Positions 15,184 to 24,000 of a stretch of 24,000 bases of DNA are shown here, piece after piece; the stretch's first letter is position 1, and each line of letters begins with the position of its first letter. The notes under the pieces are model-generated. The model worked only from the letters and a program-made list of their open reading frames with translations. It was not told the origin of the DNA and made no database searches. The position numbers were made by a program, and so were the translations under genes. The stretch comes from Pelotomaculum sp. (GTDB lineage: Bacteria; Bacillota; Desulfotomaculia; Desulfotomaculales; Pelotomaculaceae): assembly GCA_050950345.1 (NCBI GenBank), contig JBMNHK010000002.1:284698-308697 (forward strand), written 5' to 3'.

Positions 15184-16473
15184 TTGGAGCCATTGATCAG
15201 AATTGTTGAAGCGGGAGAACCTGTGCTGGAGAAGATATTGAATAGAAAAGCGGCAGACCAGCAAGAAAAAGCTGCTCTGGTGGCAGAAATACTGGCTGCT
15301 GTCAGGGCGGGGGGGGATGAGGCGGTCAGTTCGTACAATGCCCGTTTTGGCGGACCCAGCCTGCCCCCCGGCCGGCTGAAAGTCACCGCCGAAGAAATCA
15401 AGGCAGCCTATGGCCTGGTAGATGAGGAATATTTGTCTGCTTTACGGCTGGCTATTAAAAACATCGCGGCTTATCACCGTAAGCAGCTGAGCAATTCCTG
15501 GCTTATGACGGATGAACAGGGCGCTATGCTGGGACAGCTGATCCGGCCGCTGAACCGGGTGGGTATTTATGTGCCAGGTGGGAAAGCCGCCTATCCTTCC
15601 TCGGTTTTGATGAACGCCATACCGGCACAGGTAGCGGGTGTGCGGGAAATCGTGATGGCCACGCCTCCCGCTGCGGGCGGCGAGTTGAACCCTTACAGCC
15701 TGGTCGCGGCTGCCGAACTAGGCGTTGATGAGATTTATAAAGCCGGCGGGGCTCAGGGAATAGCAGCCCTGGCCTATGGCACGGAGACCTTGCGGCCGGT
15801 GGACAAAATTACGGGACCGGGCAATATTTATGTCACCCTGGCCAAGCAGCAGGTCTACGGCCAGGTGGATATTGACATGCTGGCCGGGCCCAGTGAGATA
15901 CTGATCATTGCGGATGAAACAGCCGCGCCGGAACTGATTGCCGCAGACCTGTTGTCCCAGGCGGAGCACGATGAAATGGCCTCCTCGATTCTGATCACCA
16001 ATTGCCGGGAACTGGCCGAGGGAGTTCAGGAGCAGGTAGCCAGGCAGACGGCTCAACTGGAACGCAGCGCGATCATCCGGCGCTCCCTGGCAGACTACGG
16101 GGCTATTGTGGTCACGGCGGATCTGAAGCAGGCTTTCGAGCTGGCTAACCTGGTTGCTCCGGAGCACCTGGAGTTAATGATTCACGAACCCTTCAGCTGG
16201 TTGGCCAGGGTGGAAAATGCCGGGGCGGTTTTCTTAGGCCCGTATTCCCCGGAACCAATTGGGGATTACCTGGCCGGGCCCAGCCATGTGCTGCCCACCG
16301 GTGGCACTGCCAGGTTTTACTCGCCCCTGGGGGTGGAGACCTTCTTAAAGAGGACCAGTTTGATTGCCTACAATGAACAGGCATTGGCCCAGGTGGGACA
16401 CAGTGTGATTAAGCTTGCCGAAGTGGAAGGGTTTGGCGCCCATGCCAACGCGGTGAAGCTCAGAATGAAATAA
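15184..16473 (+). CDS. hisD: Histidinol dehydrogenase
   Basis: 429 aa with a TTG start 8 nt after GGGAGG. Motifs [21 protein letters not shown] and SQAEHD are typical of HisD. Confidence 0.92.
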   Translation: MEPLIRIVEAGEPVLEKILNRKAADQQEKAALVAEILAAVRAGGDEAVSSYNARFGGPSLPPGRLKVTAEEIKAAYGLVDEEYLSALRLAIKNIAAYHRKQLSNSWLMTDEQGAMLGQLIRPLNRVGIYVPGGKAAYPSSVLMNAIPAQVAGVREIVMATPPAAGGELNPYSLVAAAELGVDEIYKAGGAQGIAALAYGTETLRPVDKITGPGNIYVTLAKQQVYGQVDIDMLAGPSEILIIADETAAPELIAADLLSQAEHDEMASSILITNCRELAEGVQEQVARQTAQLERSAIIRRSLADYGAIVVTADLKQAFELANLVAPEHLELMIHEPFSWLARVENAGAVFLGPYSPEPIGDYLAGPSHVLPTGGTARFYSPLGVETFLKRTSLIAYNEQALAQVGHSVIKLAEVEGFGAHANAVKLRMK

Positions 16474-16504
16474 ACCGACAGCAGGAAAGAGGTTGCTTAT
16501 AAAA

Positions 16505-17584
16505 ATGACTAAAGAATTTAATGCCGCGGCCCTGGTGAGGGAGGAAATAAAAAGCCTGGCGCCCTATAGCGCGCCTTATTACCCATCGTTTTTGAAACTC
16601 GACGCCAATGAAAACCCCTACCCGTTTCCTCAGGAAGTCCTGGAACAGGTTTACCGGGAAATGGCAGCGGAGGGCTATAACCGTTACCCGGATCCGATGG
16701 CGGTTAAGCTGCGGGAAAGCCTGGCGGCTTATACCGGCGTGAGCCCTGACGGCATTATGGTGGGCAATGGTTCAGACGAGCTGATCCTGTACCTGATGCT
16801 GACTTTTGCTACCGGAGCGAAATTTGTCGTAGCTTCACCTTCCTTTGTCATGTATGAGCTCCAGGGTCGTATTGCCTCCGCGCAAAAGGTGGATGTACCG
16901 CGCAAAAGCGACTTCCATCTGGATCTGGCAGCCATGCAGGAGGCGGCGTCAGACCCGGCAGTGAAACTCGTCATCATCTGTACCCCCAATAACCCCACCG
17001 GCACACCCACACCGCGCAGCGAGATTGAGTCTATCTTGCAGAGTACCGGGGCACTGGTGGTGGTGGACGAAGCTTATGGTGAATTTGGCGGTGAAAGCTG
17101 TATACCCCTCTTAGATCGATACCCCAACCTGGTTGTATTGAAGACCCTGTCCAAAGCTTTTGGCCTGGCAGGATTGCGGGTGGGCTATGTCCTGGCCGGC
17201 GCCCCGGTCATCAATGAGCTGTTGCGGGTAAAACAACCCTTCAACGTCAATGTATTTTCCCAGACTGCCGCCCGGGTAATTATGTCTAATCTGCCTGTTT
17301 TCCAAAGCAGGATTGCAACCATCCTCAAGGAAAGAGACCGGTTATTCGCGGCCCTTACAGCAGTACCGGGGGTAGAGACTTTCCCCACGGCAGCTAATTT
17401 TATTCTGTTTAGGACTGCACTGCCTGCAGCTGCAGTGTATCAGGGGTTGCTTGAACGGCGGGTGCTGGTGCGCAGGGCTGATGGTGCCGGCTCGCCCCGG
17501 TGTTTGAGAGTAGCGGTAGGCACTCCCGAGGAGAACGATGCTTTTCTGGCAGCCCTGAAGGAAATTCTGGCTGATAAGGGGTGA
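16505..17584 (+). CDS. hisC: Histidinol-phosphate aminotransferase
   Basis: 359 aa from ATG 16505. The track's TTG at 16493 abuts the RBS with no spacing. Motifs [24 protein letters not shown] and the PLP-lysine region [14 protein letters not shown]. Confidence 0.9.
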   Translation: MTKEFNAAALVREEIKSLAPYSAPYYPSFLKLDANENPYPFPQEVLEQVYREMAAEGYNRYPDPMAVKLRESLAAYTGVSPDGIMVGNGSDELILYLMLTFATGAKFVVASPSFVMYELQGRIASAQKVDVPRKSDFHLDLAAMQEAASDPAVKLVIICTPNNPTGTPTPRSEIESILQSTGALVVVDEAYGEFGGESCIPLLDRYPNLVVLKTLSKAFGLAGLRVGYVLAGAPVINELLRVKQPFNVNVFSQTAARVIMSNLPVFQSRIATILKERDRLFAALTAVPGVETFPTAANFILFRTALPAAAVYQGLLERRVLVRRADGAGSPRCLRVAVGTPEENDAFLAALKEILADKG

Positions 17585-17588
17585 TTCA

Positions 17589-18176
17589 ATGTCCGGAGTA
17601 CGTGCAGGTTCGGTTAAACGCAGGACAGGGGAAACGGAGATCAGTGTTTCTTTAAAGCTGGATGGGGAAGGAAGATATCTCGTCGACACAGGACTGCCGT
17701 TTTTCGACCATATGCTGCAGTTGTTCTGCAAACATGCTTCTTATGACCTGGAGCTAACCGCTCATGGCGATCTGCAGGTTGACGGGCACCATACGGTGGA
17801 AGACGCGGGTATCTGCCTGGGCTTGGCTCTTAAAGACGCTTTAGGCGATAAACAGGGGATCAATCGTTATGGTCATGCTTTTGTTCCCATGGATGAAGCT
17901 CTGGCCCTGGTCGCTGTTGATCTGTCAGGGCGGGGGTTTTTAGCCTTTGATGCCGGCCTGCCGGCCCAGCAGTTGGGGACTTTTGAAACGGAATTGGTGC
18001 AGGAATTTTTCAGAGCTCTGGCGCTCAGCGGCCAGTTAACCCTGCATATCCGCCTTTTAGCCGGCGTCAATACGCATCATATCATTGAGGCTATTTTTAA
18101 AGGCCTGGCTCGGGCCATGAAAGACGCTACGGCCTATGTGGGTGGTGGCATACCTTCAACCAAGGGCACCCTATAA
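17589..18176 (+). CDS. hisB: Imidazoleglycerol-phosphate dehydratase
   Basis: 195 aa. Motifs R.T.ETEI, TG..FFDHML and G.N.HH..E..FK.LARA. It is monofunctional, with no phosphatase domain. Confidence 0.93.
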   Translation: MSGVRAGSVKRRTGETEISVSLKLDGEGRYLVDTGLPFFDHMLQLFCKHASYDLELTAHGDLQVDGHHTVEDAGICLGLALKDALGDKQGINRYGHAFVPMDEALALVAVDLSGRGFLAFDAGLPAQQLGTFETELVQEFFRALALSGQLTLHIRLLAGVNTHHIIEAIFKGLARAMKDATAYVGGGIPSTKGTL

Positions 18177-18232
18177 ATGCCTGCGTGGCATGGGCTTGCA
18201 AATATCAGGTGATCTAGGGAGGATGATTTAAA

Positions 18233-18970
18233 ATGTTGCTGATCCCGGCGGTTGATCTGCGGGAGGGAAAGTGCGTCCGCCTGATTGAGGGACGGCTTGA
18301 CCAGGAAACCGTCTATTCCGACGAACCGGCTGCCATGGCCGCCCTTTGGCAGGAGCAGGGCGCCCGCATGCTGCACGTAGTAGATTTAGACGGTGCTTTT
18401 GCCGGAGCGCCAAAAAACCTTGATGTGATCAAGGAGATCCTGGCCAGGGTGGAAATTCCCGTCCAGGTTGGAGGGGGTATACGAAGGATGGAAACCATCG
18501 ATCTCCTGCTGGGAATGGGTGTCGCCCGGGTCGTTTTGGGCACCGCAGCCGCTCTGGAGCCTGAATTGGTGGCCAGAGCCTGCGAGAAGTACGGGGAGGC
18601 TATTGTGGCGGGTATTGACGGGCGCAACGGCAAGGTTGCTATCGAGGGCTGGGCGGTAACCGTTGAAAAAGGCACTACCGAGCTGGCTCTGGAGATGAAA
18701 GAGCTGGGCGTTAAGCGGGTGATCTTTACCGACATCCGGCGGGACGGAAAGTTGAGCGGGCCCAATCTGGAGGCAACCGGTGCCCTGGCCAAAGACACAG
18801 GTTTAAAGGTGATCGCTTCCGGCGGTGTCTCCTCCCTGGAAGATCTGCGGATCTTGAGGGATATGGAAAACGAGGGTGTTGAGGCAGTGATTATGGGCAA
18901 AGCTCTCTACTCCGGAGCTGTAGATTTGCGTGAGGCTCTGGCTGTGGCCGAGGGCAAGGAGGTTAGTTAA
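18233..18970 (+). CDS. hisA: ProFAR isomerase (1-(5-phosphoribosyl)-5-[(5-phosphoribosylamino)methylideneamino]imidazole-4-carboxamide isomerase)
   Basis: 245 aa. Motifs [20 protein letters not shown] and VQVGGGIR, with the C-terminal half typical of HisA. Confidence 0.92.
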   Translation: MLLIPAVDLREGKCVRLIEGRLDQETVYSDEPAAMAALWQEQGARMLHVVDLDGAFAGAPKNLDVIKEILARVEIPVQVGGGIRRMETIDLLLGMGVARVVLGTAAALEPELVARACEKYGEAIVAGIDGRNGKVAIEGWAVTVEKGTTELALEMKELGVKRVIFTDIRRDGKLSGPNLEATGALAKDTGLKVIASGGVSSLEDLRILRDMENEGVEAVIMGKALYSGAVDLREALAVAEGKEVS

Positions 18971-18975
18971 AAACG

Positions 18976-19734
18976 ATGCCGGTAAAAAGGATTATCCCCT
19001 GCCTTGACGTTGCCGGCGGCAGGGTGGTCAAAGGCACTAATTTTATTAACTTAAAGGATGCCGGGGATCCGGTGGAGCTGGCTGCTCATTATGAGCGGGA
19101 GGGAGCTGACGAACTGGTCTTTCTCGATATTAACGCTTCCTCTGAAGGCCGCAAAACAACCCTGGATATGGTTTCCCGCACGGCCGGGGCAGTTTCTATC
19201 CCCTTTACCGTAGGTGGCGGCATAAGCACCCTTGAGGATATCCGGGCAGTCCTGGAAGCCGGCGCCGACAAGGTATCTATGAATACGGCAGCGTTAAACA
19301 ACCCGTCGGTTGTGGCCGAAGGGGCGCAACGCTTTGGCAGCCGGCGCATTGTCGTAGCCATCGATGCCCGGCAGACTGGTCCGGCAAGCTGGGAAGTATA
19401 CATAAAGGGCGGGCGTACGCCCACGGGTATTGACGCCGTTGACTGGGCACGGCAGGTGGAAACCCTTGGTGCCGGTGAAATCTTGCTGACCAGCATGGAT
19501 CGGGACGGCACCAAAGACGGTTATGACATCCCTCTGACCAGGGCTATTGCCGGAGCTGTCCATATCCCGGTTATTGCCTCAGGGGGGGTAGGCACCCTGG
19601 AGCATATGGCGGAGGGGTTAACCGCAGGAGGAGCCGATGCCGCCCTTGCTGCTTCGATATTTCACTTTGGCGAGTACAGCATCAGGGAGGCCAAGGAATA
19701 CCTCCGCTCACGCGGTATTCCCGTACGCCTTTGA
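18976..19734 (+). CDS. hisF: Imidazole glycerol phosphate synthase, cyclase subunit
   Basis: 252 aa. Motifs [38 protein letters not shown] and ASGG. Confidence 0.95.
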   Translation: MPVKRIIPCLDVAGGRVVKGTNFINLKDAGDPVELAAHYEREGADELVFLDINASSEGRKTTLDMVSRTAGAVSIPFTVGGGISTLEDIRAVLEAGADKVSMNTAALNNPSVVAEGAQRFGSRRIVVAIDARQTGPASWEVYIKGGRTPTGIDAVDWARQVETLGAGEILLTSMDRDGTKDGYDIPLTRAIAGAVHIPVIASGGVGTLEHMAEGLTAGGADAALAASIFHFGEYSIREAKEYLRSRGIPVRL

Positions 19735-19816
19735 CACAGGGGGACGGTTCCTTTGTGTCAACACTGTGTCAATTATGTCAATTAGGAGGAGGATGAAATT
19801 TGTCATTTGATGTCAA
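19731..19816 (+). repeat. Cluster of TGTGTCAA-type octamer repeats (one inverted, five direct) spanning the hisF-hisI junction
   Basis: TTGACACA (19731-19738) is the exact reverse complement of TGTGTCAA (19754-19761). Further copies are TGTGTCAA (19765-19772), TATGTCAA (19774-19781), TTTGTCAT (19799-19806) and GATGTCAA (19809-19816). The first two form a roughly 12-bp hairpin right after the hisF stop. Confidence 0.7.
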
Positions 19817-20189
19817 TAGCTTGAAATTTGACCAGGCAGGTTTGTTGCCGGCCATAGTCCAGGATAAGGCCAGCGGGGAAGTAGTAATGCTGGCCTATAT
19901 GAACAAGACTGCGGTGGAGAAAACCCTGGCTACCAAAGAAACCTGGTTTTGGAGCCGGAGCAGGCAGGAACTCTGGCACAAGGGGGCAACCTCCGGCAAC
20001 GTCCAGAAAGTGCTGGAGGTATTATATGATTGCGACCGGGATACACTACTGGTAAAAGTGGTACAAAATGGCGCCGCATGCCATGAGGGTTATTTTTCGT
20101 GTTTCCACAACCGGATTGAAGAGGACGGCAGTGTCACGGTGGTGGGGGAAAAAATGTTTGACCCGGACGAGGTTTATAAAAAGAAGTAA
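19800..20189 (+). CDS. hisI: Phosphoribosyl-AMP cyclohydrolase (HisI domain only)
   Basis: 129 aa with a TTG start 7 nt after AGGAGGAGGA. Motifs [29 protein letters not shown] and DCD.D.LL..V...G.ACH. No C-terminal HisE (pyrophosphohydrolase) domain is present. Confidence 0.9.
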   Translation: MSFDVNSLKFDQAGLLPAIVQDKASGEVVMLAYMNKTAVEKTLATKETWFWSRSRQELWHKGATSGNVQKVLEVLYDCDRDTLLVKVVQNGAACHEGYFSCFHNRIEEDGSVTVVGEKMFDPDEVYKKK

Positions 20190-20232
20190 AGTTATAGCCA
20201 TGGCCAAAAGCTCACCGCGCATTATTGTCAAA

Positions 20233-20253
20233 GCCACCCTGACGGGTGGTTTT
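20233..20253 (+). terminator. Rho-independent terminator of the his operon
   Basis: ccaccc (20234-20239) pairs with gggtgg (20244-20249) around the loop tgac, followed by tttt (20250-20253). Confidence 0.65.
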
Positions 20254-20294
20254 GGCATAAAGCGACTTTTCCTGTTGTTGCCGGAAGGAAGGAA

Positions 20295-20323
20295 TTGCGC
20301 CCGGCTATGAGAATTATTATTAT
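20295..20323 (+). promoter_or_regulatory. Weak candidate promoter for pcrA
   Basis: TTGCGC (20295-20300), a 17-nt spacer, then TATTAT (20318-20323). Confidence 0.3.
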
Positions 20324-20361
20324 AGTAGACGTTAAGTTCAAACATAGCATACGGAGGAATT

Positions 20362-22530
20362 ATGGATTTATTAGCTCAACTCAACCCCGACCAGCTTAAG
20401 GCCGTGGTTTACGATGCAGGGCCATTATTGGTGATGGCCGGGGCAGGCAGCGGCAAGACCAGAGTGCTGACCAGCCGGGTGGCCTACCTGTTAGAGGAAA
20501 TGAGGGTGCCGCCACACCAAATACTGGCGATTACCTTTACCAATAAAGCCGCCAAAGAGATGAGGGACCGGATTGCGGCGCTGGCTCCGGCGGCGGCTCG
20601 TGAATTGTGGATTTGCACTTTTCATGCGGCCTGTTTGCGTATCTTAAGAAGGCAGGTTGAGTTTTACGGGCGTGACCGTAATTTTGTCATTTATGATACG
20701 GATGACCAATTGACCCTGGTTAAGGAATGTATGAAAGAGCTCGGTATAGATGACAAAGAGTACTCGCCCCGGTCGGTTGCCGGGGCCATATCACAGGCCA
20801 AGAACCAGTTATTAACCCCCGCCGGCTTTGAACGGCAGGCTTATGATCGGTTTAACCACACCGTAGCAAAGGTTTACCAGTTATATCAGGAAAAAATCAG
20901 CCGCAACAATGCTGTGGATTTTGACGACCTGATCTTTTTGACCGTGCGGCTGTTCAGGGAATATCCCCAGGTGCTGGCTTATTATCAGGATCGTTTTCGC
21001 CATATCCTGGTGGACGAGTACCAGGACACCAACCATGCCCAATATGTTCTGATCAATCTGCTGGCTGAGAAACACCGCAATCTGCTGGTGGTGGGCGATC
21101 CGGATCAGGGGATTTACAGCTGGCGCGGTGCGGACATTAATAATATCATGAGTTTTGAACGGGACTACCCGGAAGCCCGGGTGATTAAACTGGAGCAAAA
21201 CTACCGCTCTACCGGAGCCATCCTGGAGGCGGCCAACCAGCTGATCCGGAACAATGCCAACCGCAAGGACAAAAAGCTCTGGACGGAAGCCGGCACAGGG
21301 GCGCCTCTGGTCAACTACTTCGGCGAACACGAGCATGCTGAAGCGGACTATGTGGTGGGTAGTATAATCCGCTTAAAGAAAGAGGAAAACCGTCAGTACG
21401 GGGATTTCGCAGTCTTTTACCGCACTCATGCCCAGTCCCGGGTATTTGAAGATACCCTGGTCCGGGCCGGCATCCCCTATATTATCATCGGGGGCCAAAA
21501 ATTCTACGAACGCAAGGAAATCAAGGATATCCTGGCTTACCTGAGGCTCATCGTCAACCAGCATGACGCCGTCAGCCTGGCCAGGATAGTCAATGTAACC
21601 AAACGGGGTATCGGGCAGGTCTCCTTGAGCAGGATCATGGCTTTTGCTGCTGAACAGGGTATCAGCCCGGTGGAGGCCATGCTGCGGGCCTCAGAAATTG
21701 CCGGCTTGACCGGCAAGGCCAGAGGCGCCGCTATTGATCTGGGCAGGTTGATTCTGCGCCTGGCGGAGGAAGCGGAAGATTTGACAGTGACGGAACTGGC
21801 GCAAGCGGTCATGGACGAGACCGGCTACCGCCAGAGACTGGTCAATGAGAGGACAGTTGAAGCCCGCACCAGGCTGGAATATTTGGATGAGTTCCTGTCC
21901 GCAACGGGAGAATTTGACCGCCAGGCGGAGGAAAAAAATCTGGGGGCATTCCTTGAAAACATCGCTCTGGTCACGGATATGGATAAAATGGACGATGCCG
22001 GTGACCGGGTCTCCTTAATGACCTTGCACAGCGCCAAGGGGTTGGAATTTCCGGTAGTGTTTGTCACGGGACTGGAGGAAGGTGTTTTCCCGCACAGCCG
22101 TTCACTCTTGGAGCCCGCTGAGATGGAGGAAGAGCGCCGGCTTTGCTATGTGGGGTTAACCAGGGCCAGGGAAAGACTCTACTTAACCCACTGCTGGAAA
22201 AGGACCCTGTACGGAACGGAGCGGTTTAATAAGCCCTCTCGCTTCCTGGAAGAGATTCCTGCCCATCTAATGGAGAATGAAGACGCCCGGCCAAACGCTA
22301 TCAGAGCCAAATCCACCATGTCCATAAGGGCCAGGAGTGACCATGCAAGAGATCCTCAGACCCTGGAGGCTTTTGTGCTGGGTGATAAGGTCAGGCACAG
22401 CAAGTGGGGTGTCGGGGTAATCGTCGGCATTCAGGGCGAGGGTATCGACGCAGAGTTCAAAGTGGCTTTCCCGGAACAGGGCATCAAGCTTTTATTGGCC
22501 AAGTACGCCCCCCTGGAACGGGCTAATTAG
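20362..22530 (+). CDS. pcrA: ATP-dependent DNA helicase PcrA (UvrD/Rep superfamily 1)
   Basis: 722 aa. It has Walker A AGAGSGKT, motif II VDEYQDTN, plus YRS, LHSAKGLEF and VG.TRA. The C-terminal Tudor-like tail is H.KWG.G.I. Confidence 0.93.
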   Translation: MDLLAQLNPDQLKAVVYDAGPLLVMAGAGSGKTRVLTSRVAYLLEEMRVPPHQILAITFTNKAAKEMRDRIAALAPAAARELWICTFHAACLRILRRQVEFYGRDRNFVIYDTDDQLTLVKECMKELGIDDKEYSPRSVAGAISQAKNQLLTPAGFERQAYDRFNHTVAKVYQLYQEKISRNNAVDFDDLIFLTVRLFREYPQVLAYYQDRFRHILVDEYQDTNHAQYVLINLLAEKHRNLLVVGDPDQGIYSWRGADINNIMSFERDYPEARVIKLEQNYRSTGAILEAANQLIRNNANRKDKKLWTEAGTGAPLVNYFGEHEHAEADYVVGSIIRLKKEENRQYGDFAVFYRTHAQSRVFEDTLVRAGIPYIIIGGQKFYERKEIKDILAYLRLIVNQHDAVSLARIVNVTKRGIGQVSLSRIMAFAAEQGISPVEAMLRASEIAGLTGKARGAAIDLGRLILRLAEEAEDLTVTELAQAVMDETGYRQRLVNERTVEARTRLEYLDEFLSATGEFDRQAEEKNLGAFLENIALVTDMDKMDDAGDRVSLMTLHSAKGLEFPVVFVTGLEEGVFPHSRSLLEPAEMEEERRLCYVGLTRARERLYLTHCWKRTLYGTERFNKPSRFLEEIPAHLMENEDARPNAIRAKSTMSIRARSDHARDPQTLEAFVLGDKVRHSKWGVGVIVGIQGEGIDAEFKVAFPEQGIKLLLAKYAPLERAN

Positions 22531-22559
22531 GGCTATAATATCAATGCTGCGGAGGAATA

Positions 22560-23429
22560 ATGGAACGACTTCTGGTTGTTGCCGCACTAACGGCGCTTAT
22601 TCATTTTATAAATACACTTGTTTATGCGGTTCGCATATCGGGAGTGCGCACCCAGAGGTTGGCCACTGCTTTTTCGCTTTACAACGTCATCTTTTTGCTG
22701 GCCAGCACCGCTAACAGCGTTCAGGGCTTTTTATTGGCCTCAATTGTGGAAAGGGCCATAAAAGTTGCCCAAACAGATACAGGAATTTATGTTCTTGAAG
22801 AGCTTGTGGTCCAGGCGGCATATCAAGCTCAATTAACAATTATCGAGCAGGACATCCGGTTCGTAATCATCGCTGCTACAGCGGGTACGCTCCTGGGGGC
22901 GGCGTTGATCCCGGTATTTGTCAATGTTTTCAACAATGCCATATTTCTTTTTGAAAAAGTCGGTTCCGTGCCCAGGATGTTGGCCATAGCCCTGTTTTCA
23001 CCTCGCCGGGCTGGTGCGCTGATAAGTGATCTGCGCCTGCCCGCAAGGAATACCTTTAAACAATTAGGGAAAAGCCGGCGGGGTATCCCGAAATTGTTTT
23101 TAGTCTTAAATTTTTTTGTCACTGGAATTTATACAACGGGGGTTCTTTCCGCGCTCTTTGCCGGAGCCCTGTTTCCTGATTTCCGGACGGCTGCCGCAAC
23201 GCTATCAGCGGTAGTCAACGGTGTGGCCACGATCCTGGCAGCGACAGTGGTGGATCCTACTGCGGCCGCCATAACGGATCAGGCCTTGCGCGGGGAGCGC
23301 AGCGAAGCCGATATCAAGCAAATGGCGCTATATCTGTCCATCACGCGCCTTTTGGGCACTGTCTTTGCCCAGCTAATTTTTGTCCCTGCCGCTTATTTGG
23401 TAAAATATGTTGCCGCCCTTCTGGCTTAA
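22560..23429 (+). CDS. Polytopic membrane protein resembling the Amj/DUF2837 lipid II flippase family
   Basis: 289 aa with about 6-7 hydrophobic segments. The N-terminus LIHFINTLVYAVRISGVRTQRLATAFSLYNVIFL...AN resembles the Amj (YdaH) family as I recall it. The assignment rests on memory only. Confidence 0.5.
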   Translation: MERLLVVAALTALIHFINTLVYAVRISGVRTQRLATAFSLYNVIFLLASTANSVQGFLLASIVERAIKVAQTDTGIYVLEELVVQAAYQAQLTIIEQDIRFVIIAATAGTLLGAALIPVFVNVFNNAIFLFEKVGSVPRMLAIALFSPRRAGALISDLRLPARNTFKQLGKSRRGIPKLFLVLNFFVTGIYTTGVLSALFAGALFPDFRTAAATLSAVVNGVATILAATVVDPTAAAITDQALRGERSEADIKQMALYLSITRLLGTVFAQLIFVPAAYLVKYVAALLA

Positions 23430-23486
23430 GGCAAAGCTTATTAGTAAAGTAATAATAATAATAATTGATTTATGCAGCAAACATAG

Positions 23487-24000
<514 letters not shown>

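Noticed and set aside
16493-16504. The TTG start for hisC given in the ORF track.
   Set aside because: The TTG directly abuts the purine-rich RBS (AGGAAAGAGG) with no spacer. ATG 16505 has acceptable, though longish, spacing and gives a normal HisC N-terminus. This call is not certain.
20046-20345. Small ORFs in the hisI-pcrA spacer: 99 aa on the minus strand, and the + frame 20068-20310 with an internal ATG at 20200.
   Set aside because: They have no Shine-Dalgarno. They span the his terminator hairpin and the pcrA promoter region, and the + ORF is an out-of-frame overlap of the hisI 3' end.
23450-23465. The (TAA)5 trinucleotide microsatellite between the Amj-like gene and ligA.
   Set aside because: It is short and AT-rich in an intergenic spacer. 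Such a run could be slippage-prone, but there is no evidence of function or phase variation since it is outside coding sequence and not between promoter hexamers I could identify.

Overview
This window looks like a core-chromosome segment of a moderately GC-rich Firmicute; the Clostridia/Peptococcaceae-like assignment is an inference from gene content and Gram-positive-style promoters and RBSs. Almost everything is on the + strand and is housekeeping. In order it contains: the 3' end of a glutaredoxin-like gene; tRNA-Val(CAC) with its own promoter and terminator; an AT-richer Phd/YefM-RelE/ParE toxin-antitoxin pair; a minus-strand MazG-like/DUF1015 operon; a membrane-anchored hypothetical protein; hpt-guaA; a T-box leader followed by a tyrosine phenol-lyase/tryptophanase-family lyase; a partial purine cluster (purE-purB-purM-purN-purH-purD); a TrpR-like YerC/YecD gene translationally coupled to a partial histidine operon (hisD-hisC-hisB-hisA-hisF-hisI); then pcrA, an Amj/DUF2837-like membrane protein, and the 5' part of ligA. 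I found no CRISPR array, transposase, integrase or rRNA. The observation most worth follow-up is the T-box riboswitch at about 6221-6506. It has a K-turn, AGAGA bulge, GGUGCGA distal loop, F-box, T-box core and a strong terminator. Its specifier reads as UAC (Tyr), and it controls a lyase whose substrate-pocket residues look TPL-like. Putting a nominally degradative enzyme under starvation-inducible control suggests it supplies or salvages tyrosine. Secondary observations are a phased TGTGTCAA repeat and hairpin cluster between hisF and hisI, a YerC-led his operon with a palindrome over its promoter, and his and pur clusters that each lack several pathway genes. All calls rest on reading the sequence and recalling family motifs; no database search was run.
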